A stretch of DNA of 64,000 nucleotides from Mytilus trossulus (GCF_036588685.1 NC_086377.1:69068001-69132000); one strand, 5' to 3'. Counted from the first letter of the stretch, positions 25,426 through 39,551 are shown. The notes: generated from the letters alone by a model not told the origin. Numbers and translations: made by a program.

Positions 25426-27559
25426 TACCTATTTTTTTCCTTCAGCATATTCAAAAGCTAAATTCAAGCGCCTTGAAATCTGGGAAGGGTTAAGAAGTCA
25501 GTTATTGGAGGTCTATGTCTCTCATGAAGAACCGTGTAATTCCATATGTAATTTTTGTGGTGTGGAATCTATTGGTTTGTACAGATGTCTTGACTGTGCA
25601 ATGTGGATAACAACATGTCAGTCCTGTATGACAAAAAGTCATTCCTTTCCACATCTACATACAATTGAGAAGTGGATGGTTAGTATTAATATAGAGTACT
25701 TCAACTACATCATAGTCCAGTGTTCCCATTGCATTTGCTTTTTTTTTAATAATTTATGTATAACCTTTGTTGAAACACTTGATTATTTTTATTTCTAAAA
25801 AATATTATTTTTGATGCAAATTATTTACACTAAAACCTTTATTAAGATAAAAAGTTATAATAATATTGTAACCTTCATAAAAATTTATGAATTGATTCTG
25901 GTGTCCTCAAGGTTATGTTTTTTTCAGATTTTCAGATGGTGGTTTATGGCCTGCTCTTGAGTCCATATTTTGGAGAGGGTCCATTTTAATTTTTTTGGCC
26001 TTTTATGTTGCCAGCTGTTTTTGCTCAGCACTACCTCCTCTCCACACCTCTGCTGCTTTTCTAAGGTATTCGCTACCAGTCATGTTATCTTAAAAAAAAG
26101 TATTCTTAATTCCTGAAAATTTATTTCTCATATCATAAATCATGCAACAAAATAAATATTATAGTTTTCGACAAAGTAAACAGCTGCTTTTAAAAAAGAT
26201 TAAATGATAGTTAAAATACTACTGTGTTTTATAATTGATACAAATAATGATGGACCAAATAAGGTGATTGATCTTTATCACAAGACTGCTATTTTCAGTA
26301 TATTTTTTCTTTATTCTAAAATTTTCATTGAAGAGAACTTGTTTTTTTTATGTGAACTTATTAAAACAGGGACAACATTAAGGAGTGATTGTACTTAGTC
26401 TGTTAGTTCAGACGTTAGTATATGTATATATAATAAAAACATATTGTTAAGATGTTTACCTCTTGGGATATCCCCAGTTACAATATTGTAAGCTGAGGGC
26501 CCCTCTAAGTTGCTGTTTTCTTTTTAGAGTAATATATAGTACCCACAGATCTTTCTCTAGCATTTTTATTTCCAATCCACATCTATAGGTTAAAATTGAA
26601 TAAAAATTATGTTGGCTACTTTACAAATTTGATTAATAAAAATAAACTGTATATATATAATATATAATGACTCTAAATAACAGTCCAACAATGTTAGATC
26701 TGTAAATTTGCGTTAGCTTTCGCCTGTTAAATGGCCCAAATGCTAACAGTTTTTTCAAAATGTTATTTTAACGTGCCAATTTGAATTTATTTTGAAATAA
26801 ATTATAATGTACCAAGGAACTCTTTTATTTCTACTATATATATATATATATATATATATTACTGGTAAATTTAAAAAATGATTTAATACAGGTGTATTTT
26901 AGATAATTTCTGGATAATTTTTCGGTTGACTTCATTAGTTTTGGTCATTAAAATGTTCACCAATAAACTGCGACTTCACTTCAAAAGGTTTTATGGTCAT
27001 CGCCATTCACTGATCTACAGTTACTGAGTGTATGCTTCTCATGACAGAGAATCTTAATTTCTCCTTATCTTGACCTTTCAAAAGTAACAAAGCAGATTTC
27101 TTGCAAGAGGCAGAAATTTCTTTCCAAAACATTAGCAGAAGCCTGTTGTTCAGTAGATGTCATTTATTGGTGTGGTTCATAGGTGTTTCTTGTTTTCAAT
27201 ATAGATAAGACTAGTTTTCGTGTTTGAATCATTTTACACTGGACATTCTTGGGTTCTTTCTAGCTTGCTGTTCGATGTGAGCCAAGGCTCCATGTTGAAG
27301 GTCGTACACTGACCTATAGTTACTTTAAATACATTGTGACTTGGATTGAGAGTCGTCTCACTGGCACTCATACCACATCTGTTTATTTATAATGATCACC
27401 TGATTCACCACTTGTTTTAAAGGGTCTGTGTTTACCTTGACTCTATCAATTGAACAATCCAATTTCTCCGCCATTCCTTTAATTTTTGGAATGCACAGTT
27501 TACCGGTGGATCGCATACCATTTTCCCACTCCAGTGTTAGAGTATTTTGTAGTCCTGTA

Positions 27560-27955
27560 ATATTATGTTGTCATTTCAATATTATATTTAACTTTGCCAT
27601 TAAAGTGCGAGATTTGGCATGCCATAAAACCAGGTTTAACCCACCACTTGTATTCCCCTTTAAAAGTGTCCTGTACCAAGTCAGGAAGATGGTCATTGTT
27701 ATATTATTGTTCGTTTCTCTGTGTGTTGCATTTTAACGTTGAGTCGTTTGTGTTTTCTCTTATTTTTGAGATATTGAGATAAGACGTGGCACGGTACTTG
27801 TCTATCCCAAATTCATGTATTTGGTTTTCATGTTATATTTGTTATTCTCTTCTTATGTTTAATGTGTTTCGCTCGGTTTTGTTTTGTTACCCCGATTTTG
27901 TTTTTTGTCCATGGATTTATGAGTTTTGAACAGCGGTATACTACTGTTGCCTTTA
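27560..27955 (+). repeat. Copy of the hammerhead-associated repeat family (part without the ribozyme)
   Basis: Reverse complement of ~55300-55750. Confidence 0.75.
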
Positions 27956-28019
27956 TTTTGCTCCTCTGGAGATAAATCCACTCTTCTTTTCTGCTGCTCA
28001 AAGAAAATTACATTATGTC

Positions 28020-28890
28020 TAATGATTGATAATTTAGTCTTAGATGCATGATTTTTTTATTAGTTGTTATTAGCTTTGAACTAGCTGTCAGTAACAGCAA
28101 GTACTCTCAAATCTATACTAATAGATATAGGAAGATGTGGTGTGAGTGCCAATGAGACAACTGTCCATCCAAATAACAATTTAAAAATTCAACCATTATA
28201 GGTTAAAGTACGGCCTTCAACACGGAGCCTTGGCTCACACCGAACAACAAGCTATAAAGGGCCCCAAAATTACTAGTGTAAAACCATTCAAACGGGAAAA
28301 CCAACGGTCTAATCTATATAAACAAAACGAGAAACGAGAAACACGTATATATTACATAAACAAACGACAACTACTGTACATCAGATTCCTGACTTAGGAC
28401 AGGTGCAAATATACTATTAGTCTTTTTGTCGTTAGGATGTATATACGCTGAGCCACTCTGTTTTTATAAGATGTATTTGTATTTGTATCGATCTGATGAG
28501 TTAAGCCCTTTTCAACCGATTTTTATAGATTGTTCCTATGTTATACCACTGTCCGGGGTAAGGGGAGGGTAGGGATCCCGCTAACATGTTTAACACCGCC
28601 ACATTATGTATGTATGTGCCTGTCCCAAGTCAGGCGCCTGTAATTCAGTGGTTGTTGTTTGTTGCTGTGTTATATATTTGTTTTTCATTCATTTGTTTGT
28701 ACATTAATAAGGCCGTTAGTATTCTCGTTTGAATTGTTGTACATTTGTCATTTCGGGACTTTTATAGCGCACTATGCGGTATGGACTTTGCTCATTGTAG
28801 AAGGCCGTACGGTGACCTAATGTTGTTAATTTTTGTGTCATTAGGTCTCTTGTGAAGAGTTGTCTCATTGGCAATTACACCAAATCTATT
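28020..28890. repeat. Nested abundant interspersed repeats (…gagttgtctcattggcaatcataccacatctt… family)
   Basis: The same terminal motif recurs near 13410, 19085, 24460, 27355, 28150 (opposite strand, nested), 28860, 35275 and 61720. Confidence 0.7.
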
Positions 28891-29051
28891 TTTTTTATAT
28901 TGTACTATAATTCATCATGCGGAACTCACATACCAAAAATTAGCCCAATAATATCTATAGAGGTTTTGAAAAATACTCTGTACAATTGTTTGATGTGGAA
29001 TGACAGAGTGAGGGACAAGGGTAACACTATATTTATGGCCTGACCACTTAA

Positions 29052-29343
29052 CGCTTTGGCCGCGAAGTTAATGTGCACAAATGTAACGTTATATGCAGCA
29101 TTAATTTTACAACTTTGCAAAAGACATTGAAAACATTTTCGCGTGATCGTTCACTCCTTCACTGTGACGTCATTTAACGTTGTTTTATAACACAAAGAAG
29201 GACAAAAACAGTCCGGAGACAAACAAATTTGACTACATTGATCATTTATATTAAGAAAATATGTTAAATTTATGTATGGACACATATGTCCTTCCCGTGG
29301 CGTGCAGACAATGGACACATATGTCCTTCCCGCAGCCAAAGGG
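29052..29343. mobile_element. piggyBac-like MITE
   Basis: TTAA at 29048-29051 and 29344-29347; TIR CGCTTTGGCCGCG versus CCCTTTGGCTGCG (11/13); subterminal TGGACACATATGTCCTTCCCG twice. Confidence 0.8.
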
Positions 29344-30099
29344 TTAACGAAAAAAGTAGCAGAATTAATGGAGAAAAAAAATAATAATCAAAAGAATATC
29401 AAATGGTTTTCCACAGAAAGGTGGAACGACCAAATTACAAATACCATCAAAACTAACTCAATATTCTAATTACAGGGGGGGGGTTGGGGGCAAGGGGTCC
29501 AATAACAGTTAACAAAAAATATATTCTCACAATAACAGATAACTAAAAAGGTAAAAATCCTATAACACTATTAACAGGTTTCGAACGAACGGACCCGATA
29601 CCGTAAAATATAAATTAAAACTACATATCTTTGTATAATAACTGAGTAGGATCTGTCCAATAACCAGGCATATTATTTGAAAACTATTTGTTGAACTGGT
29701 CTACAGAACTGCTGCGGAGGCGCTCTGTTCGTACTGTTTAGACATATAAAAACAGCTGATTACACTCGAGGCAATCGAATGAAGGGGGATTACACGAATT
29801 TATATAAATAAGATGTTTCGCACATGAAAGAAAGTTGCTAAGGAAAGTTCCCACTGAGCAGAAAGGTTCTCTTGGTTGCAAGTTTTTTTTAAAGATATTA
29901 AAGATTATCAAAATCTTTATACTAGCTACTTTTTGGATTTTTTCAGTTGATATCCAAAACCCGGGATTACCCTTATCCGTTTCCGGAATCGAATCCAATA
30001 TTTTAATTGTCTTCTCACAGAAGCCATTTTATTTCAATGTTGTTTTTGGGGCCTTGTTATACGAGATATGTTATAAATTCAAATTCTTCATTAAGAATT

Positions 30100-30480
30100 C
30101 CATCTCAATGAACAGGCTTGCAATTGCTTTGCTTGCTTTGAGCGCATATGATGGTTGCATATTCAGTGCTCGATTGTTCACTTTTTATGTGAAAAATTTG
30201 TCTCTCTGGTCACATTTTTGCTTGTAAAATGCTAAAGCCTCAAAGTTTTGACTACAAAGATTAATTTCCTTTTTCATGATATACCTTGCATTATATACCC
30301 TTTTCATGTTAGCGATGTTTTCTGCAACTTCATCTACTTCCCGCCATGCAAAACTGTCTGAAGACATCAAATCAACTTGTTTATCATTAACCATTTTTGA
30401 TGGATTTGCGTTCATATTATTCGTTATATCTTTTTTAATGATGTCAGAGCTAGAAAAGTTTCAATATAATTTTCTGTTGT
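30100..30480 (-). pseudogene. Degenerate DNA-transposase-like fragment (MULE-related)
   Basis: SQNFEALAFYKQKCDQRDKFFT*KVNNRALNMQPSYALKASKAIASLFIEM resembles a recalled 'DKF.IYK.NN...N..P.YVFKSS' motif. Confidence 0.4.
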
Positions 30481-30493
30481 GTTAATGTTAAGG

Positions 30494-31182
30494 AACTAGA
30501 GGCTCTAAAGAGCCTGTGTCGCTCACCATGGTATACTATATGTGAATGAAACAAAGGAAGCAGACAGTTCATGACAAAATTGTGTTTAGGTGATTGTGAT
30601 GTGTTTGTACATCTTACTTTACTGAACATTCTTGCTCCTTACAATCATCTCTATCTATAATGAACTTGTCCGTGTAGTTTCAGTGGAAAATTGTTAAAAA
30701 TTGATTATAAAGGACAATCACTTCTTAGGGGTCAATTGACCATTTTGGTCATTTTGACTTATTTTTTTAGTCGTGAATTGCTGAACATTATTGCTGTTTA
30801 CAGTTTATCTCTATCTATAACAATATTCAAGATAATAACCCAAAACAGTTAAATTTCCTTTAAATTACAAATTTAGGGGCAGCAACTTAACAACGAGTTG
30901 TCCGATTCATCTAAAAATTTCAGGGCAGATAGATCTTGACCTGATAAACAAATTTACTCCTCGTCAGATTTGCTCTAAATGCTTTGGTTTTTGAGTTATA
31001 AGCCAAAAACTGTATTTTACCCCTATATTCTATATTTAGCCGTAACGGCCATCTTCACGGCCGGGTCACAAAACACATTTTTTAAACTAGATACATCAAT
31101 GAAGATTGTGGCCAAGTTTGGTTTAATTTGGCCCAGTAGTTTTAGAGGAGAAGATTTTTGTAAAAGTAAACGACGACGGACG
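30494..31182 (-). mobile_element. Helentron-type HINE remnant
   Basis: 3' hairpin AGGCTCtaaaGAGCCT plus subTIR CGCTCACC at 30499-30527; (GAC)/(GGAC) microsatellite at ~31170. Confidence 0.65.
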
Positions 31183-31429
31183 ATCTTTCAATCTAAAATG
31201 TGTTTCATAAATTGATTTTTTTTTATACCAGCGGATGTGACGTAACATGATTTGGTGGTACTACACCTAAAGACCTTTTTGTTCAATAAAGTGATTGTGA
31301 CTTTTTACAATGTAATACTGGTTATTACAAGCTTAACTGTCAAGTTTTGTCCGAATCAGTTCAACAGTTTGAGAAAAATCTAGTATAATGAAAGGCGACA
31401 TCTCCAGTGATTCGAGCAAAATTTCTTAG

Positions 31430-31952
31430 TGTTACTGTTGTACATTAATTAGGAGTAAGATACATATTACGATTACAATCTAAGTAGTATATTGTCGTTT
31501 CTTTCCCCGGTATATCAGATTCCCATGAACGAAGCACGATGCTATGAACACATAATTTTGACATGTTAATGGCCCAAAGAGGTAATTTGAACGCTATTAA
31601 TGTAATAAATGTCTTTTAATATGAATAATTGATATATTCGCATAGTCATTTTGATTTTGTGTAAGGTTTATATACTGCGATTTGTTTATATTTGGTATGC
31701 AACAGGGGTTTTGCATTGAAACTTATTTACGGTTCTTTTTTTTGTCTACTTTCAGTTCTTACGTAAACCTCACGTAAACCTGCGTAAACCTGCATAACAA
31801 CGTATACCATGAACTTTGTATAATGTTAGACAACTGGGTGAAATATGCGATGCACTGTATGTTTATTTGACAATTGCGACATGAATATTAAAAGTCATGA
31901 ATAAAGTATCAGAACTTTCAGTGTATTTTTCTTTGCGACGCCCACAGCTACA
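31430..31952 (+). repeat. 5' LTR (523 bp)
   Basis: TGTTACTGTTG...CCCACAGCTACA; differs from the 3' LTR by a handful of substitutions and three small indels (by eye). Confidence 0.97.
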
Positions 31953-32163
31953 GTAAGAACTCTACATCATTGACCTGTCTGAAGTGTGAAGATTGCGACA
32001 CAGATTTGAAGAATCCATGTGATGAACAATTACAGATTGAAACTACATGTTGACAATTTTATGACAATAATAATAATGTTACTAAAATGTCTTTGTTGAT
32101 AACTTGATATTTTGTGATATACATTGTATTTTGTGATTTATATATATTTTGAAATAATTGAAC

Positions 32164-34685
32164 ATGATGTCCCGAGGCGATGTCGAGGGCGATATAATTG
32201 AGGCTAGCGGTGTAACTCGTACTAGCACGCGACAGCGAGGTTTAACCGATAAGGGATTTTTGTGGCAAGTTAATACTTTAGAGAAAAACTTTCGAAAGGC
32301 AGTTTCTTCATGGAAGTCATGGTCAAACAAAATAGAAGTACAATTAAGTGACACTAAAGACACAAATATCATTCGTGAACATCGAAATATATTAGTTGAA
32401 AACATGAATCATTTAACTAGTGTTTATAAACAATTATCAAATCTTATTGAAAATGAAAGTGAGTCACATGGTCATCCGGAATTAATTAGTGACACTGATA
32501 TATTTAAGCGATACGAAACTTGTGAAAACTATCACGCAGATCTCATGAAAAGAATAACGACTCGTGTTCAGGAAATTGATAGAGACAATGTAGAAACTAG
32601 AGGTTCATATACATGCAAGTCGAAATCTAGTCATTCATCTCGTTCACATAGATCAAGTGCATCACAACGGTCACAAACTGCTTCGCGAGCCGCAGACTTG
32701 AAAGCAAAATTAAAGTACATTGAAATCGAGGCGAAGGCGAAATTAGATTTGGAAAGAATACAAACAATACGTGAACTAGAGGCTACCGAAGCCAAGCTAG
32801 ATGATATCGATAAAGCTAGTCAAGGTTCAGACTTAGATGAATTAAAGAAATCACTTCCGCAAGATAATACTCTTGATAAATTTCTTCAACACGTTAATCC
32901 GTATGCTAAAGTAGATACTGACATTGAAAATATTGAGCATGATGATTTTGTAAGTACTCTGCCAAGGTCAACAGTACCGAAGAAGTTGAATATTGACCAT
33001 GATCAAGTTCAGTCAATACAAGTTATAAGTATCCAGTTCAAGGTTATTCCGTCCCAACTGCAAGTCTACAAGGTCAAGGTCGATTTGTCTCAAATGTCGA
33101 TCAATTTAGGCAAGCTAAGTCTACATCCAACGTCCGTCCATCAATATTAGATCAGTCTGCATTAAATGTAAGTCAGTCATTTGTACAAAGTGAAAGTTAT
33201 GTGCCAGTAATGACACACATGCGTTCTGAACCAGTAGTAACAAACGTAAATTCTATGCCAGTTGTGACAAGCGTAAGTTCCGCAACTCTTAATCCATCAG
33301 CTATAACATTTGTACCTCAGAATGAAAACACTGCTAATGTTACAGGACAATACGTTCAAATTGAATACCTTACGAAATCACTCGCCGAACAAGTGAGTCT
33401 CAGTCGGCTGCCGCCACCCGAACCGTCAGTCTTTTTTGGTGATCCTTTAAAATATCCTGCGTGGAAATCATCATTTCAAACTCTTATTGAACAACGAAAA
33501 ATTCCGACGTTTGAGCGTATACATTATTTGCGAAAGTATGTCGGAGATTCAGTGCGAGAGGTAATTGAAAAATTTCTAATATTGTCTACCGAAGACGCTT
33601 ACGATGATGCAAAGGAACTCCTTGAGAAGAGATTCGGTGATCCGTTTATTATCAGCAATGCATTCCGTGATAGGCTCGATAATTGGCCGAAAGTACCGTC
33701 TAGAGACAATATTGCTCTAAGAAAATTTTCCGACTTTCTAAAACTGCTTGTCTGCGATGAAAACTATGGGAACATTGAACGCGTTAAACGACAATAGAGA
33801 AAATCGTAAACTTTTGTCAAAATTACCAGATTGGATTGTAACACGGTGGTCCAGAATCGTTGCAAAACACAAAGACGATAAGCGTGAATTTCCTTCATTT
33901 CAAATGTTTGTAAATTTTATAGAAAAAGAAGCAATCATAGCAAATGACCCGGTAACGTCAATACAGTCCGTCAGATCAGAAACTACAAATAGCACTAGTG
34001 ACAAGTTTAAGACAAATCGATTTCAGCATGGTAAATATGATAATCAGCGTAGAAATGTTCTTGCGACAGAAACTTCGCGAGTGCCTGATAAAAACAATAA
34101 CAGTTACAACAAGGATCTAACATGTACATTTTGTAAGAAAACTGGTCATTTCATCGATTCATGTTATCAGTTTCTTAAGAAGTCAGTGAATAAGCGAAAG
34201 AACTTTGCGAAAGAAAACGGACTTTGTTTTGGTTGTCTTGGATACGGACATACATCGAAGAAATGTCAAAAACGTAAAAAGTGTGAAGTATGTTCAAGGT
34301 TTCATCCAACGTCTTTACATGGTGACTTTCACAAACCGATCATTTCCGTCAACAAGGATAAACCGTTAGAAACTAGCACCGGAGCCGTATTCATGAACAA
34401 TACAAAAGCAAGTTGCAAAAGTTCTATGATTGTGCCTGTTTATGTGTCGCATTCAGACGATCCAGATTATGAAAGACTTGTTTATGCTTTACTAGACACA
34501 CAGTCCGACACTACTTTTGTTTTAGATGAAACACGCCGTGCGTTAGGACTCCGTGGAACAGATGTTAAACTCTCACTATCTACAATGCATGCAGAAAATC
34601 ATATAGTTGACAGTCGTAAAATAAAGGGTCTAGTGGTAAGGGGATTTGACAGTGAAGTTAAAATACCGCTTCCGAACGTATTTAC
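32164..34685 (+). pseudogene. BEL gag (DUF1759-like, CCHC knuckles) and aspartic protease, frameshifted
   Basis: PSVFFGDPLKYPAWKSSF, CFGCLGYGHTSKKC, CEVCSRFHPTSLH, YALLDTQSDTTF; split over ORFs 32158, 33201 and 33748. Confidence 0.9.
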
Positions 34686-35741
34686 TAGTGTTGTCAACGG
34701 TTAACCGGTTAACCGGTTAACCGGTCGAACGTCGGAATACCGAATATTAAAAACGCTAACCGGTTAACCGGACTTTTTTCAATTTTGGTAGATATGATAT
34801 AAATTTATCTTGAAATCATCAAATAGTTATGTTTTATTTAAAATTGTCATGGTGGTAATTAATTTGACAGATGAATTGTCCAGTATATTGATTGCTATTG
34901 TTAATCCTAAAACATAAAAAAAGAGCTTGGTCAAGATCTTAAGGAAACATAATTAGTATACATGTTTTTTTAACAGTAACTTGAAATCAGTAATGCGATT
35001 AAATTTTACTAATTACTTCATTATTTCATTGTTGATCTAATATTGTGTACACCTACATCTAAATGTGCAACTGCCGAAGTGCAAGACTTAGTCTTAACTT
35101 AAACGAAATACTAACTTAAAACTTGTGAAATGCAAACCAATGTGAATGTACTCAATGTATACGTGATAGTACGAGTAACATGCTTAAAGAAACAAGCAAA
35201 CAAAGCATAGAAACAGGTCGGACGGTGACCTATTGTTGTTAATGTCTGTGTCATTTTGATCTCTTGTGGATAACTGTCTCATTGGCAATCATACCATATC
35301 TTCTTTTTATAATCATTTATTTCAAAGTGAAACACTCCACATTAATTTCGGAGACAACAAGAGAAAAGGAAAGAATAATCGGTTTCAGACATATTCAATT
35401 CTACGAGACCAAGAAGTTTTATTTTTATTTTTCAATGTGAAGTTGGTACAAACTCTATAATAGTTGATACGGTGTAATTGATAATAAAAAGTCAAACTTC
35501 GCCAGGAATCCTAACAGGCAAGCTTTAAATGATACCAAAGAACAAACTTCCATTCTAAAAGCATAAATTTATGACTTGGATAAAAGGTCAAATTGACACT
35601 CATACCGCAACTTTTATCTTTGTGTAGGGTACTATTGATAAGGCTTTCAAAAACCAACTTAAATTACCGGTTAACCGGTTAATCGGTCGAACGATTATCC
35701 GAGTAACCGGTTAGGCAAAAGTGTACGATTTGACAACACTA
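34686..35741. mobile_element. Non-autonomous hAT-like MITE inserted in BEL pol
   Basis: Perfect 12-bp TIR TAGTGTTGTCAA/TTGACAACACTA; 8-bp TSD GTATTTAC (34678-34685, 35742-35749); subterminal AACCGGTT arrays at both ends. Confidence 0.93.
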
Positions 35742-35749
35742 GTATTTAC

Positions 35750-38700
35750 ACGTGACATCATGCCAGCAAACCGATCTCATATTCCAACAGCTGAAATGGC
35801 ACTTCGATGGTCATATTTAGAACACATTGCAGAAAAATTGATGCCCGTCCAAGATTGTGAGTTTGGGCTTTTGATTGGTTACAATTGTCCTCGTGCACTT
35901 ATTCCACGTGAGGTAATACCTTCAATTGATAATGGACCGTATGGACAGAAAACTGATTTAGGATGGGGAATCGTTGGTATAGTTGATCCCTTGCAAATAG
36001 ACAACTGCGACTCGATAGGATTCAGTCACCGTACTCTTGCTCTTGAGGTTCCGAATGAGTTATCAATTAAAAGTGGAGATTCAGAACATGTTTACTTTTC
36101 GTTTGGTTCGAGCGTTAAGGAAATAATTCCAAGTGAAGTTGCCCGCATGATGGAACTTGACTTTTCGGACAGAAATGTTAACAAGATTTCATATTCTTAT
36201 GATGATAAAAGATTTATTTCTATTCTTGATGAAGGAATAAGTGTTGAAAATGGACATTATGTTATGCCATTGCCGTTCAAAGATAAAAATCCGCCTAACA
36301 AGAACATTGCAGTTACACGTTTAAATCAATTAAAAGGTCGTCTTCAGAGGGATAAAACCTATCGTACACATTACTTTACAAGCATGAATGACTTTATCGA
36401 AAAAGGTTATGTAGAAAAAGTTGAATCGTCTAAACAGGATAACGATGGTCATGTATGGTATATACCTCATCATGGGGTATACCATAACCAAAAACCCGAC
36501 AAGGTGCGTGTTGTATTTGACTGTAGTGCTAGATATCAAGGTCATTCTTTGAACGATCATTTGTTACAAGGACCTGATCTAACCAACAAGCTTATTGGAG
36601 TACTGTGTAGATTTCGGAAAGAAAACATAGCTGTGATTTGTGATATAGAACAAATGTTTCTTCAGTTTAACGTAAATAAAGATCATAGAGACTATTTAAG
36701 ATTTTTGTGGTGGAAAGACGACAATCTTCATGAAGATCCTATAGAATATCGTATGAATGTTCACTTATTTGGAGCCGCTTCTTCTCCTGGTTGTGCCAAC
36801 TTTGGTCTGAAAAGAGTTGCTGACGATTACGAAGATGAGTTTGGATCAGATATTTCAGACTTTTTGAGATATGATTTCTATGTTGATGACGGTCTGAAGT
36901 CCGTTGCGTCCGTCGATGATGCAGTAAACTTAGTACAACGAAGTCGAGAGATGTGTAATAAAGTAGGTTTAAAACTACATAAATTCCAGTCTAACTCGAA
37001 AGAACTTTTAAATCTAATACCAAATGAAGATAGAGCAAAAGATCTAAAGAACTTAGATTTATTAAATGACAAACTGCCGATTACGAAGACTCTAGGCATA
37101 CAATGGTGTATCGAATCCGATTCTTTTCAATTTCGCATTGAACTTACAAACAAACCACTCACGAGACGAGGAATACTTTCAACGTTAAGTTCCGTGTAAG
37201 ATCCCTTGGGATTTCTTTCTCCTTTCGTACTTCTGGGTAAACAGATTCTACAAGAATGTTGTAGCGATCAAATTGATTGGGACGAACCGCCTTCTGAAAT
37301 TTTGATACAAAGATGGCAACAGTGGCGAAATGACATTCAAAATCTAGCGCAACTAGGAATTCAGCGATGTGTAAAACCGAAAAACTTTGGAAATATAACA
37401 GTATGCGAGCTTCATCATTTTTCTGATGCTAGCACTTTAGGTTATGGACAATGCTCGTATCTCCGATTAATCGATGAAAATGGACTTATTCATTGTACAC
37501 TTCTAATGGGAAAAGCCAGAGTTACTCCACGTCGTTTATTAACAATACCTCGTTTGGAATTGTCAGCCGCTATTGTATCAATCAGAATAAGTCAACTACT
37601 GAAACAAGAACTTCAATACGAGAACATTACTGAGTGGTTTTGGACTGATAGCAATATCGTTCTTGGTTATATTGCGAACGATAACCGAAGATTTCATGTA
37701 TTTGTAGCAAATCGAGTACAACAGATTAGAGAACATTCTAGTCCAACACAGTGGAAGTATGTAGACACGAAGGAAAACCCTGCAGATGTAGCCTCACGAG
37801 GAGCAAGCGCAAATGATTTGGTGAAGAATTCAAATTGGTTTACCGGACCGAAATTTTTATGGACACTTCAATCCTTTGACGCAGATGCGAATAAACCCGA
37901 TTTGTCACTGAATGACCCTGAAATACGAATAGTGAAGACATTTTCTACTAAGATGGATGTTATTGAATTTGCGTCTTTGATAGAACGTTTGGAATATTTT
38001 TCTAATTGGAATCACGCAAAGCGAGCTGTTAGCATTTGCTTTAAACTCAAGGACACACTTAGATCTCAGACTAAGAGTAAAAACCAATCACCTGTGAGTA
38101 CATTGTGTGTAAACGACATGCAACGTGCAGAGATTGAAATTATCAAACAATTGCAATCATCGTCATTTAGCGAAGAAACAGCTGTTTTACAATCGATTGG
38201 TGAAGGTAAAACCTATGAAGATAGACAATCAACCCGAATTCGAAATATTCATTTGAAACGAACTTCATCATTATACAAGTTAGACCCGTTTCTAGATTCC
38301 GATGGAATTATTAGAGTTGGTGGTCGTATTCTACGAGCGGAGTTTAACTTAGCAGTTAAACATCCAGTGATCATTCCTAGACATTCACACGTAACAGAAC
38401 TAATCATACGACATTTCCACGAGAAAGCCGAACACCAAGGAAGAGGCATGACAATAAATGAAATACGTGCGAATGGATTTTGGATAATTGGTTGTAGTAC
38501 TGCCGTTTCTAAATATCTAGCAACATGTGTTATTTGTAGAAAACATAGAAGTAATACTCAAGAACAAAAAATGGCTGACTTACCGATTGATAGGCTTGAT
38601 CCAGTACCGCCTTTCACTTATAGCGGAGTTGATTTATTTGGACCGTGGTACATTAAAGAAGGACGTAAAGAACTTAAACGCTATGGTGTCTTGTTTACGT

Positions 38701-39551
38701 GTCTATCATGCCGAGGAGTACATATAGAGACAGCAAATTCACTCGATACCAGTTCATTCATAAATGCGTTACATAGATTTATAGCCATACGTGGCCCTGT
38801 AAGACATCTAAGGTCAGATAGAGGAACCAATTTTATAGGTGCGGAACGAGAATTGCGAGAAGCTTATTCAGAAATGGACGATAAAAGTATAAGACAATTT
38901 CTTTCGAATGAAGGATGTGATTTTGTAGAATTCAAAATGAATGTCCCATCTGCCAGTCATATGGGTGGAGTTTGGGAACGTCAAATCCGGTCAGTTAGAA
39001 ATGTGCTTGCGTCACTAATGCATCAATCTGGTACACAATTGGACGATGAATCTTTGAGAACTTTTATGTGCGAAGCCGCAGCAATTGTGAACAGCCGTCC
39101 TTTAACTCTTGACAATTTGAATGATCCGTTATCAGAAGAACCCCTAACGCCAAATCATATACTTACGATGAAGTCAAAGATTATTCTTCCTCCGCCTGGA
39201 CAATTTCAAAGAAGTGACATTTACTCTCGAAAACGCTGGAGGCGAGTTCAGTTCTTAGCCAACGAGTTTTGGAATAGATGGAGAAAGGAGTATTTGTCTA
39301 ATCTACAATCTAGAAAGAAGTGGACTGCTCCTAGACGAAATTTGCAAGTCGGCGATATAGTTATGATCAAAGATGAACAAGCCGCGCGAAATCAGTGGCA
39401 TCTTGGGAAGATCAACACAGCACACGTAGATGAAGATGGACTTGTTAGAAAAGTGCGGGTTACGATCGGTGCTCAAATTGACAATAGTGGAAGGAGGAAT
39501 TCACCTCTTCAGGAATTAGATAGGCCGATTCAAAAACTAGTGTTAGTATAA
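35750..39551 (+). pseudogene. BEL pol: RT, Pao RNase H, integrase; one in-frame stop at 37197-37199
   Basis: WYIPHHGV, RVVFDCSA, DIEQMF, HLFGAASSP, FYVDD; SSV*DPLG (expected SSVYDPLG); LHHFSDAS, IPRLEL, WTDS, H-H-C-C zinc motif, GVDLFGP, SDRGTNF, GGVWER. Confidence 0.95.

Larger units (their letters stand above)
23798..25678 (+). pseudogene. Two exons (..23861 and 25446-25678) of a CxC cysteine-cluster protein of the KDZ-transposase-associated type
   Basis: Donor ACAG|GTAACT (phase 1) fits acceptor ttccttcag|CA. Exon 2 is open: YSKAKFKRLEIWEGLRSQLL...CNFC...YRCLDC...TCQSC...H..PHLHTIEKWM|GTTAGT. Confidence 0.55.

Noticed and set aside
28493-28520. CTGATGAG as a hammerhead core
   Set aside because: No stem II followed by GAAA downstream.
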